From Amoebophrya sp. A120 (taxonomy: Eukaryota; Protista; Dinoflagellata): a DNA stretch of 64,000 nucleotides. Every line of letters begins with the position of its first letter. The stretch's first letter is position 1. A program made the position numbers and the translations under genes. The stretch lies in contig CAJINV010000004.1 of NCBI GenBank assembly GCA_905178155.1, positions 1,047,536 through 1,111,535 on the forward strand. The letters run 5' to 3'. The notes under the pieces were generated by a model. That model made no database searches. It saw only the letters and a list, made by a program, of their open reading frames with translations, and was not told where the DNA came from. Shown piece by piece: positions 23,301 to 35,400 of this stretch.

Positions 23301-26300
23301 CTTTTGGTTCATCCGCGTGGCGTAGCAAACGGATGACTCGGTATTCCTGCTGGTGCAGTGGCGAGTCGTCACTACTTCCGATTTCAACCACTGCTGAACC
23401 GTACTTGTCGCGCAAATCGGGCCCCAGCTCCGACGATATCTGCAACACGAGTGACGCCAGACGATGCCGCATCTCGGCCCCATCCATCGCCCCCGCCACC
23501 CCGAGTGTGTACATCAGTTGCCGGCTCGGAAGAAGAATCTCATCGCTCTCGTCTAAAAAGGATCTTGTGCGCCGGTCGAAAATTTGACGGATACTGTGTA
23601 GAGAAGCGGCAGCCTTCGTACAGAAGTGGGAACTCTCCCTAGAACCACACTCCAGCGCTCTGTTTTCGAGGGAGAGGCGATATTCCGGAGTGGTAATCAC
23701 TACACCGCCGTCTTTGAGCAACTGTTTCAGGTCGGTTACCCAGTTCTCCGGCTTACTGAGTTCCAAGTCGCGTCGGAACAGAAAAGGAACAATCCGTCGG
23801 GACATCACGCCACCAAGCTGAAACTGCAACTCGCGGCCGTTCGTCAGAAAAAGCGATTGCAGTACCGTCACCATAGCCAGCTTCGCCTCCCTTCCGGCGG
23901 CGCTGCGACTGCCGACCGCAGCAACAACGAGCGGAATAATGACCGCAGTCTTGCCCTCGCCCATGTTGAGTTGCAGTAGTTTGTTAGTCGTGGTGTCCTC
24001 CACAAGACTTTTCGCTACGTCCGCCTGCGTCTGCCGTATACAGAGCGAGTTTTCCACTTCGTACGCCAGCCACTCGGGGTATTTGGCAATGTCCGCCTCA
24101 GAGAGACCCGTATTCTCCAGCTCCAGCTCCAACTGCCTGGCAATGACACTCCCCTTGAGAAACATCTGCAGACAGCGGCGAGCGCGCTGCAAGGACCGCA
24201 GAGCGACTGCGAAATTTACGACCAGTCGATGGATCCGTGGGTCGACCTGCGACATCTTCCCCGCGCTGAGCAGCGCATGCGCCTTTCCCAAGAAGCGCGC
24301 CAAAACTTCGGTTCGGCTGGTGTGTCGATGAGGTCCACAACGCAGTAGCACTTGAACCTTGGCGCAGTAGATGTCCACGCAGTCCTGGCACTCGCTCAGC
24401 TTGTCTTTGAGGTAGTTCAGGACAGCTCCACGGCTTCCAGGCTCGTACAGGCCACGGAAAGTAGACACCGCGTTCTCATAGTTGGCCGACGAAGAAGATG
24501 CAGAGTTCGTTACTTTCTTCTGTGCCAGGTCCCAGCTTTCGTGCAGTTCCTTCATGTAGAGGCTTCGCAACTCCTTGTACTGATCCCCATCAGAGGAAAT
24601 CACGCCGGACGTGTCTAGCAGCTGCAATCGTTGTTGAGCCACCGGAGCCTGTGCTGCCAGATCGAGCCTGCGCCGCTTGTTGGCACTACTATCAGATGAT
24701 GACAAAGCACCTACACGTGCGTCGGGACTGAAGGGAGCACCATTCGCTGGCAGCAGCGCAAGTACCTCAGCGAGAGTCGGTCCTTCCGGGGGCTGTGGAA
24801 GATTCGCTGGACGCGCCTTCGTGCCGAGGTTCTTCACGGACACCATCTGTCGAAAGTTGTGGGCTCGGGGCTTCTTCGCCAGCGAGCGATCTACCTCCAA
24901 AAGCAGCGAAAGCCCGCTTTCCGATGGGCAAGCGGGGTGGTTTGCGTCCGTATCCAGGGCGGCGAGGTTCGCCAAGCTCCTCCTTGCGGCGGCAGTCAGC
25001 TTTTCGGTGAAGAGTTGCAGCTTCTTTGCATTCCGCCAGTCGGTAAACTTCTCGTCAACCTTGGCAGAAAAAGTTTCCCAGTTGACAAACGTGTCGCGGT
25101 GCTCCTCGGATACAAGTGACTTGACATGTTTCGACGAAAAATCGTAGCCATTGTTGAACGCGTACCTGGCTACTTTTAAAACCTTGTCGGACGCTTTAGC
25201 GCAGGCATTTTCATGGGTCTGCTTCTTCGCCTTCCACGCATCGAGTGCAGCATAGTAACTCGCCCGACCCTGAGCTTGAAAATTATAGGAAGAAGCACTC
25301 GACTGCTGGTAGTAGGAAGCTACGTTGTAGTAGCTTGCCGGAGAAGGTTCACTTTGCCAAAACCGCCTGAGCCCCGCATTGCCGTCGAGTAGAGACTGCA
25401 GGGAAGTGCGATTCGGGGTGTTGCAGTCTCCGAGAAACTCGCTCTGGTACGGCTCCTCGTACTTTTTGTGATCGGGGGGCTTTGGCCATGCGAATCCACT
25501 AGCTGCGGTGAGCGAGACGAGGAGTAGAAACTCGTACTCCGGCGGGTCCTGCAGGTTCGCCAAAAGAACCGCAAAGGCCCCAAACTCATCCACTTTCGTC
25601 TCCGTACTTCGGGCAATGTCATACAATGGTAGGAATTGGTTTCGGTTGTCGCCAAAATCCTTGTGGAAGCGGTCAAGCACCTTTGCAAACTCGACCACGG
25701 AACCGGTTTTCAACTCGTTGTCAACCGCGACATGATTCGTAAGAATCTCGCGGTCGACGCGAGCGTTGAGACTTTCTAATCGGTCCGAGCCGCTTCCGCA
25801 CAGCAGGGAGCAAAAGTTCCACGTACTAGCTAGCTTCTTCAGCATGCTCGGGTTGCGAATATACTCCATCATCTCGTTCACACGAAGTTCGAATTTCTCA
25901 TCTTCATCCGGTTGCGAACGTGTATGTGTAAGCCTCGTAGAACTGGCGCAAACAGCAGCTTCGTCGACAGGTTTTGCTTTACCCCAACGGTCACCACTTG
26001 TCATGTTCGTACACAGCGTACGCAGGTACGCTGTACTGCAGTGATCTCCGTCTGACGCCGCGTAATTTTGTGTTCGCAGCAGCGCTCGAAAAGAAAGAGA
26101 TCCCATCCGCGGTGCGAGTTCGCCCTGTTCGGTATTTGGATCTTCAGTCTTATCACCAGCTAAGTAGAACTCCCTGCCGAGGCGCTTCAAATGCGAATCA
26201 CTAGCGATCGATTTTCGTCCTGCGCGCAGCAGTCCACTGTTGATGTGTTCCGCGACGTCATTTGCGTAAAAGCTGTACTCGTTGCGGGCGGCGAGCGGCT

Positions 26301-29300
26301 CCAAGCAAGACGTACTCAAATTGTTGTATTCAAAGTGCCCGTTGTCGGGGAAGGAGGCCCGATGCGGAGCAAGTGCTGCGATCTGCAGGAGCGTTTGCAA
26401 CTGCGCCAAGTGCTGCGCATCGCTATCTTTGGTTCCCTGCATGGAAGGGACGAGGTTTCCATCGACTCGGCCCGAGGAGAGAATCTTCATCGCCTGAACG
26501 TAGCCTGGAACTTCGAGGAAAGCATCCGGCGTCACGCCTGACGTGACAGCGTGCAAGTGCGCGAGGTACAAGCTGGCCATTTGCTCCTTCTGCGGATGTA
26601 GGTCCCGCAACTCCGGGCGCTTGACGTAGACGAAGACTTTTGGCTCTCGCAGGGACGAAAGGTCCACGTGGACAGCACCAGTCTTCCGGAAGGGCTTTAA
26701 ACTAATCGAGTTGGGCATCAAGAAAATATCCGGCAGTGCCTGCTTGTACTCGTGCGTCGGAGTAAGCACCAGTCCTGCACTCAGTCCATGGAGCGTTCCA
26801 AGATTCTGATCGGATGCCACAATGTAGTTCGGGTAGTCCGCGGCAAAAATTTCGACTTCCTTTTTTGTCTCCGCTCCTGCTACGACGATGTCCTGTTTCG
26901 GTCGTTTCTTCGATGATGTTTTGTGTGGGGTGGCTACATGCAGAACAGCTTTTGGCGAAACTGCAGCCTCGGTTTTAGTTGTTGCTGTGAAATCAAAGCG
27001 CAGTCCCTGAAGTTCCGGTAGCAGCACGACGGCCAGCGTCGAAGCGTCGACGCCACTGCCGGCATACGTGAACATGTGTGACAACGGTGTCAAACGGTAA
27101 AAAACCCCCTTGTGCAGCTCCTGCACACAGTCACTTTGAATGTCAAGTAACTCCCAGTCGCGCTTGACATCACGACAGTGCTTGGTCTTCAAGTCCAGGA
27201 TGTAGTCGGCAGAGTTGTCCTCGAACCCTTGGTCGAAGTACCGCACCGGCCGAAATCTGAGCTTCTTCTCAGACACCCAGTGACTGTACTTGCAGATCAT
27301 ATTCTTCGGAAAGTCCGCGCGCGTTGCTTCATCTTCATCCGTTAACTCGGCTTTCGTCGGAGGGTCCTCCTTATATGCGTATTTGTGGTCCGCGATGTGC
27401 TCTCCAAGCTCCCACGACATAATGCGCTCCTCCAAGCTTTCGTCTTCGGGAAGAAAGTCTTCATCGCAAAAGGCGCCGTCCGGGACGAGGGCCGCTCGAG
27501 TGCCTGCACGCTCCTCGATGATTATTGGCTCGCCTTCCGCAACCGTTGGTGTGGCGCTTTCCCGGAACAAGAAGTGCGATCCGTTGATTGCAGACCGCGT
27601 TTTGTACGTGCGTCCGTCGACAGGCTGTACCAGAAATGCTGCTTGGCCAAACAGCCTTTGGTAGGACCGGCTTGTCAAGATGGAAGATGGCAGCCGCCCG
27701 GATGGTTTTCCATTGACAAGGAAGCTACCACTGACGACGTTGAGCTGCAGTGTGGTCTTCTCAGCAGCTGATGCGCTTGCTTTCGCCGCTGTCGGTGCTC
27801 CTACATCGAACTCAAACCAGGGGGTAAGTCTCTCCGATACCCGACTGTCGGAATACCTAACGGAAGCACTCAGTGTGAGGTTCGTGCCATGCGCCGATCC
27901 AGACCAAAACGCCTTCAAAAAATACAGAATGATGCGTCCCCCATTTTCCGTCTCTAACATGTTACGCAGCGCTGGAAAAATCGCAAGAGCGGTCTTCTCG
28001 GCCAGAAGCGCATGTCTACCCAGCCATGGTTGGCTTTTCAGCGTTTCCGCGGAGCTGTTGTCGTGCATCGTTGCCCGGAAAAACAACCAGTCGACCGCCA
28101 CGGTCCTCGCCTTCATGGTGCTTATCTTTAGCGTGGTGTCGCATTCGAACTCTTCGGGGCAGAATGCACAGCAGGCGCCGCAAGAGACTGCCAAAATCTG
28201 GTTGCGAAGCTCCTGTCCTTGGTCGTCGTTGCAGGTGGTGCTAGCACGCTCCGTCAGCTTGTGAATCCAATCTTTCGCGATCAGGCGGCATTTCTGAAGC
28301 ACACGGAGGGCGATGTCGCAGATCGTGTGTTCGAAGACGGCTTTGCAAATCGATCCAACGACGAGCAGCACATTCTGTTTTTCCCAGTTGTCCTTGGCCG
28401 AGTCCAGCAGGTCGTCGCACTCCCGGACAAGCGCGGTCGAGAACGTTGTATCGGCCAACAGAGCAGTAGCTTCACGGAAGTACAAAGTGTCTTTCAAGAC
28501 GGGGCTGTCATCTTCTGGGATCACAGCTGCACCCAAATTTGGGTGCGCGCAGTAGAAGTTACGCATGGACTGCATCAGCGCCGACTTGTCCTTTGCAACA
28601 TCACTTTCCGACAAAAGCGGCGGACAGACCTGCCAGAGCGCTGCGACGACGAGCAGATAGACGTCTTGGTTGTTCCAGTCGAGCGCACGCTGCTCCAGGG
28701 CGGAAAGTAAACGCGCCAGCTGGAGATTGTGCCCAGCCCGCAGAACTCCGTAAGTCACGTATTCACGGAGCTCCACACTCTCCGCCACCGTCGCCCCGGC
28801 CGAAGCCTCGCTTTGCGACGCGATCACCGCGTTCTCCTTATGGTCTGTCTTCATGAGGAAGGTCTGTCGCGCGTTTTCGTACCTTTCAGTCGCCTCAGGA
28901 AGCGTGCTGTCGGTCATCTGCTGCTCATGCATCATTGTCCAGTTCCATTGTTCCACAGCCCTCAGCTTCCGCCACCCGTTACAAGTTTGAGGAACACTGC
29001 TCAGCGCCACACGGACCCCCAACGTTGCATTGCTTTTGTTCGCCACGACGAAACAGGCATCGCCAGCGGTGCAATGGAGAGCGCCGCGCCCGCTTGGGAG
29101 CGGGTGTGTCGTACCCAGGCACGGCCGGTCGCGCGCGTGCTCCGGTTTGTCGTCTTCCGGCCAGACGGTCCACGAGGACGTGTACGCCGTGATGCCGCCC
29201 CGACTGCCGAAAACAGACCGAGCAAAATGGAAAAGCGCCTGCTCCAGTATGCCGATTTCCTCGGGCTTGTGCTTCTGGTACATGATCGCGTTGCGTTTTG

Positions 29301-31784
29301 TCTCGCTGTCTGGTAAGTCTCGCACGTGCGGGAACAAGGTGACGCTTCTCATCTGCTTCCTTAGCCGGCAGTAGGTGCATCCGTCGTGCACCGTTCCACA
29401 CAGTCGGTTTATCATACGTAAGCGATCTGCAGCAGCGTTGCCGTAGTACGTGGTGCCATAGCTGTAGGAATAGCTATTCAGAGGGTATCTCCGGTTCGCG
29501 TCTGCAGTATGCAAAGAAGAACAGGTACATGTGTGCCTGTCCCTCTGGCGCTGCAACTCGTCGTGTCGCTTGCGCTCGGATCGCAATTCCTCCAGTTTTT
29601 CCTTCTCAGCGAGCTTGCACCGACCGAGTCTTTCTTTCTTCTTTTCCTGAATCGCTTCGTCTTGTTCCGCAAACCGCACCGCGAGGCTTCGCGGTCCCTG
29701 CTCGCCCGCGACGCCGAAAGGATCCTGGCTTCCTTTTCTCCGCTGCCTCAAGTACGTTTCCACCCTGATCAGGTGCTCGCGATATTCCCTTGAGTCGAGG
29801 TAGAGATCGTGTAGGAACTTAGGAGGAATTTTCAACGGGTGCTCAAGTAAAATCTCGTGCTCTTCGCAGGCTTTCAGGTCCAACAGGAGCAGCATCGTGA
29901 ACGCCGTCAGAATCCCTTCACTTTTCGCCCGAAAGCAGGTCGCGTAGCAGGCAGTGCTGCGTCCGAGGTACAGCTTGTAGAGATCCAACAAGGCCTGCAT
30001 AGAGAAACGCGTGTTCTTCCGACAGAATGACGCTATCGACCACTGCTCCACATCGTACAAGATTGCTACGGAACGTTGCCAATCGAGATTCGGTTTCGGT
30101 GAATCCTGAAGCAGGTCGTACAATTCCTGCACGTCGGTAGCCTTGAACACCATCTCCTTCGTCCACTTCTCCTCGGCGCCGCGAAACCGCGGCTCCAAAA
30201 CCTGCGAGGACACTGTGGTGGACTGCCCCGGGTTCGTTTTCAGCTCCTGCAGGAGTCGATCTATCGTCGCCTGCGAATAGAACAACTCATGCTTCCGCGC
30301 GGAATCCGCTGTTGCTTTATTCAAGCCCGTGAAGTCTACCTTCGGCACTAATGCCATGCGCCGCTTGTCTTCGAACACCGTGACAAATTTGTTTTCCGTG
30401 TCTAGGACGCGGCGAACGCACTTGCTCGTCTCTGCAATCATCTTCTTGCACGAATTCGCGACGCCGACGGTACACCGGTTCTCCAGCTTCCACTGTCGCC
30501 GTTCGATCTTTAGAGCTGCCTCCCGGAAGCTGCTGAGACAGAGGACTCGGCGACTGGACTTCAGAATTGCGTTTGCTCGGGCGATGTTCTTCTGGAGACA
30601 ATCTGCCAAGACAATCTGAATGATGCACTTGTACACACAAATTCCGTCGGTGTCAATCGTACTCGGCTCAGAGTCAGTTCCTTCCCCGCTTTTTTCCTTC
30701 GCAGCTAGTGAGGAAGATGCGGCTGCACTGGCTTTCTTTTGGCTGCACGTGTTCACAGCCGCGAAGCAAGCGAAGGAGCGGAACGCTGCCCACGCTGGCG
30801 AACGTCGCCAGTAGTCCTCTGTCTTGGTGGACTCCTTGCGGACCTGGTCGCGGACCTTCTTGAAGGTTGTCAAGGGCTGAGTGGCGTCGGTAACGTCCTC
30901 GCTTCTCGGGATCAGGCGCATCAGCACTTCGTGGCAGTACCTACTGGACGTGTACCTGTAAGCTGGTCCCCGCTTCCCCTGAGGTGCGACGGAGATGTAA
31001 CTCTGGTGGTTCTGGTTGTTCGCGATTTCGCTCAGCAATTTCCAGAATGCGTCCGACTGCAGCATGCTCCAGGGACATGTGATCGCCCGCTCTGGGATGG
31101 GCTGTAGTTCACATATCGCAAATGAACATCACGTTGACGGCGCATCGCATAAAATTTCAGTTCAGTTCTTTCATACATAATATGCCAGAAAATAGAAAAA
31201 AGAAAAATTCCTGTCTGTCGTACCTGAACAAGATTGTCGCTTTCCATGACGTGCGCCACGCAATGCTGTACGGTCCAGCAACTCAACACTGCGACGTCCT
31301 TCGGCTTTTTCTGGACTGTCAGTATCGCGTTTTGACATTCGAGCCAAATTCCGACGATGTCGCCGTTATTCACCGCCTTTGATTCCAGTTGTTTTTTGAT
31401 CGTAGAATAGGAGACTCCGTTTGCATGTAGATCGATAAACTTTCGCACCGCTTTCAGCACCGATCGGCACCCCTCTTCAGATGTAGTTCCACCTTTGCTA
31501 GCCAACTTGAAAACATCCGTTGCTGTGCCGTCGCCACTGAAGCAGTGTTTTGAAAGCTTCTGAAGAAATTCAAACACATGCTTCTCCTCGTCAGGCACAG
31601 GCTTTGTTGGCAACACGTTCGGCAGGAAGATTGTTGGGAACGACACTTCCTCACTCGAAGCGCCAACATCTCCCTCCGATTGATCCTTGTCGCTGTGGCC
31701 GGAGCCATCAAACGATTCGAAATCGCTTTCCCTTTCGGCCAGTTTCGGCCGTTTGTTGCTCCTCATGCTTTTGCTGTTCTTCAT
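20389..31784 (-). CDS. ~3757 aa DUF6606-DUF3638-DUF3645-like giant protein with an SF2-helicase-like P-loop NTPase core
   Basis: 3558 aa ORF plus an upstream exon joined by GT-AG intron 31102-31223. Motifs: KKVRDQV...YWRRSPAW, LQLNMGEGKTAVIIP, FLDESDEIL, RYRVNYG...LAVPFIAKD...EFAHAEV, QGFSGT, YLDDAHCRGSDFKL, LLQSSMRLRQL. Start codon tentative. Confidence 0.85.
31102..31223 (-). other. Canonical GT-AG intron (122 nt)
   Basis: CAG|GTACGA...AACTACAG|CCC; phase 0; DNLVQ|PIPERAI. Confidence 0.8.
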
Positions 31785-32407
31785 CTTGGTGATTTCTTTA
31801 CATTCTTCTCCTTGATGGTTGTAGAAAGAGAAACAGTAATTGAGACATTCTACTGAAACCTCTGTGTAGGAACGACATTGTATTTCAAATTTCTCAGCGT
31901 TGAAAGAATCACGTGTCAACGAAAAAGGTCCACTCCAACATTCCCGTACCATGGCACCGAGAATCCCAACGAATAGAAGATACTGGGAGTTGTTGTACTT
32001 ATGTATGATCGGTCTTCCGGACATGAGCGACAGACAAAAACGACGATCGAAAGAACGACTCAAAAATTCTCCCCGGACAAAATGAAAATTCTAAATCTTT
32101 GTCAAGAATGTATGACTTTTCTTCATTTGCGTAGTATCTCTTCTTGTCAACTCGGAGTCCGAAACCCGTCGAAGTCCGAGACAGCAGATGCAAAAGAAAA
32201 GAACGCGTTGCCTAAAATTCAACTGTGAGCAACTAAGGACAAAAACCGACTCAATTGAGCGATTCGTGGGCAACATCGGTTCTATTCTTGGCCACGTCAG
32301 ACAGTGTGCGCTGAAGCTATATTCTCGTTAGAAAAACTGGTCCTGCACTACCAACTTGGCTGTGGAGTGGAAGTGGGTGTCAGAGATTGCATCCATGCAT
32401 GGTCATT

Positions 32408-35400
32408 TCACACAATCCGTGCCGGATCCTTCCGCGGGCTGTGTGTCACAATAAAGTTGCTGTTGATAAACCTCCGCAGCGTTGCATTTTCCTGCCGCAA
32501 TAAATTGACCGCTTTCCGCAACGTCCGTGCCTCCTCCACCGCTTTAGGCGCAACCCACGACATCGGCGGCTCCAGCTGGATATGCATCACAACAGTATCG
32601 CACCTCTAGGTTCAAACTGCAAGAAGACCATCTTTTTTTCAACGAACAAAAATGGTGTTTGTCATGCAGGTATTCAATTTATTTGCCTGACAACTACAAT
32701 TCATACGACTAGTACGTTACTTTTGCAAAGGATACTGGATCGGGGGTCTGGTCGAAGGAGGGGGATTCATCGCGGGGTAGGCCAGTTTCGCGTTGTATCC
32801 CGCCGTATCAAGTGCAAAAATGTCTGGGTCTGGAAGAATGCAAGTTTTTCATGCTTGTCTCAAATGGCTCTTGAATTTGTCATGCACATTACCCAAGGAC
32901 CCCTCTTTTCTGTCATGCAGAAACGCAGTTTGTCATGCAGAATAGGCAACACCTAAAAGCTCAGAAACTTGTCATGCTGAGGCAGCACTTGTGGCCTCCT
33001 CATGATACGCCACCCAGCATCACATCGGAGGTCTAAGGGCAGTCCGTCCCTGTGCCTTTTCTAGGCCTACTAAAACCAATAAATCGCGACTACGTAGTCA
33101 CTACTGAAAAGCTAAATTGGAAAACTTAGTATGGCTACTTATACGTAAGCGCTAGTAAATAGGTATGCGATCAAAAAAGGTTTTGGCATCGCATAATTGT
33201 TGCCACCACAACAAGTGCGAATGACACCCAGCATCACAAGTTTCCGGACCCAGACACTTTTGCATTTGATACGCCGGTCCCGCGCCCGGGGGCGAGCCGC
33301 TGCCCCGCCACTGGTTTTTCTTCGCTGTGTACGAAGCCAAATAGCTGTTTTTCCGCTTTTGGCGCGCAGGACTGCGAGAGCGGCCGTTGTTTGTAGTTCC
33401 ACTGCTCCTTCTTGGGCTGGATTGGGAAAAGCTGGACCGTCGCTGCGGACTTCGGCCAGAGGACCCCCGGCGACCCGCGCCTGGCGAGGACGTGACACTC
33501 CGTCCCGGGCTGGTGATCCTCGATCCAGGTGCCTTGTAGTCGTACTTCGGGATCCCTCTACGCTGGAACGTGGTCTCGCCGGTAAGATGCTTTTTGGGGT
33601 CCACTATCAACTGCAAATATGTCTGAGTCTGCAAGGAAGCGAACTTGTGATGCTGCATTTGGATGTCTAAAAAATTTGTGTTGCATGAGCAGCAAAAGGA
33701 TTCTATTTTTTGCTACGCAGAGACGGTATTTGTCATGCGCAATAGGCATCAAGAAGGCCTCAAAAAACCTGTGATGCTAGGGCATGTATCACAGACATCA
33801 TAGCTCGTGCAAAACGTGCATGACAAGTCTCAGAATCTTCCATACCCAGACATATTTGCATTTGATATCCACGCTTGCGGGCCGGGAGTACGCTTTCGAC
33901 TTCGTGATTTGCTCGGGTTCCGCGGTTATCAAATGTAAAAATGTCTGGGTCTGGAAGATTCTGAGACTTGTCATGCATATTTTCCATGACCCATGATGTC
34001 TGTGATGCATGCCTTAGCATCACAGATTTTTTGAGGGCTTCGCGATGCCTTTTCCGCATGACAAATGCCCTCTCCGCGTAGCAAAAATTGCACCCCCTTT
34101 GCTGCTCATGCAATGCAGATTTTTCTGGAATCCAAATTCAGCATCACAAGTTGCATTCTTCCAGACCCAGACACTTTTACATTTGATAGCGGTCTGCGGA
34201 GAGACGACGCGTTTCAACACGGTCACCGGCGCGGTTTGTCTGCGGAACACGCTGCTCAGGTCCAGCTTCTTGCTGTTACCTGTGCAAAGTGGAATTGATT
34301 ATTTGCATGGTTCGGCGTTGTGGTAGTGTCTACTTTCCTCTCGTGGTGGAAAAGTTCCGTTGCTCTGTGGAGATGGCTTGTTCACTTCGTCACCAATTTG
34401 TCTCTAACACAAATACCATCGAAATAAACACGTTGACAAGGAAGCTCAAGTACCGTACCTGCCTGCGAAACGCTGCTCATTTCCGCAGCAAGGTTGGACC
34501 GCTGTCGAGCCCGCGCTTCGTGCTTCTGTTGCGCTATTCTCACGTTTCGCGCTGCAATGTCGCGGTTTCCTGAAGCAGATATTAGGTTTTTAAAACGTAG
34601 TTTTGCTACACGGGATAAATTTAAATGTCAACACATCAAATGAGAGAAACAGTAAGTAACAACAAATCACATCGCAAGTTCATAAGTACTCTCTTGATCT
34701 TGCTTAGCTTCCAGCCTCCGCTCCGTAAATGTCATCGCCGTCGGCGCTAACCCGTCCGGTGCGTGCTGGAGCCCCTGGATGTTCACGCCCTGCGGCCCCA
34801 CCTCGGGGGCCGCGCTCTGCCGGTGAGAATCGTAGAGCCGCGTGCGCTGCTGCATATGCATTGCAATAGTATCGTATTAGTGTAAACCGCATGACAAATT
34901 TTCCCAGAAAAAAAAAAAAAATTTGTCATGCAGGTTCAGGTAGCAAGGCGGATCTGTCATGCCAGACTGCGACTAGTACGAGTGCGATACTTTTGCACAG
35001 GATACTGCAGCTTTGGAACCAAATTTCTCGCTGTTCTTATGTCCGTGCTCCACATCCGCTGCTCCCGCACGTCCGCCACGGGCGGCCGGTCGTCCTTCTC
35101 TGGCTCATATCAAATGTCAACAATGTCTGGGTCTGGAAACTTGTGATGCTGCGTTGGGAATAGGGAATGCTCTGTAATGCACAGCCAAGCATCAGAAATA
35201 TCTGCGCTTCTTTGTGTTGCGTTTTTCCCATGACAAACTGCGTTTTTGCATGACAGGCAAGGGGGTCTCTTCTTGAACACGCATCACAAACTTTTTGGTC
35301 ATCCCAGACAAGCATGACAAATCTCGCAGTCTTCCAGACCCGGACATTTTTGCACTTGATAGCTCAGGCGGAGGAATGCTGGACCCGAAACCAACTCCGG

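Noticed and set aside
20396-31107. + strand ORFs over the 3558 aa ORF and other long exons
   Set aside because: Antisense shadows of GC-rich coding sequence with no independent motif.
3332-35315. Many short ORFs sharing FQTQTFLHL / KMSGSG / CKNVWVWK / LPDPD peptides as a protein family
   Set aside because: These are the six-frame translations of the family A TIR.
9116-35361. Recurring ~30-bp repeat (atcaaatgcaaaaatgtctgggtctggaa) as a CRISPR array
   Set aside because: Copies occur as inverted pairs ~250 bp apart with TSDs and are dispersed, not as direct repeats with ~35-bp spacers; no cas genes.
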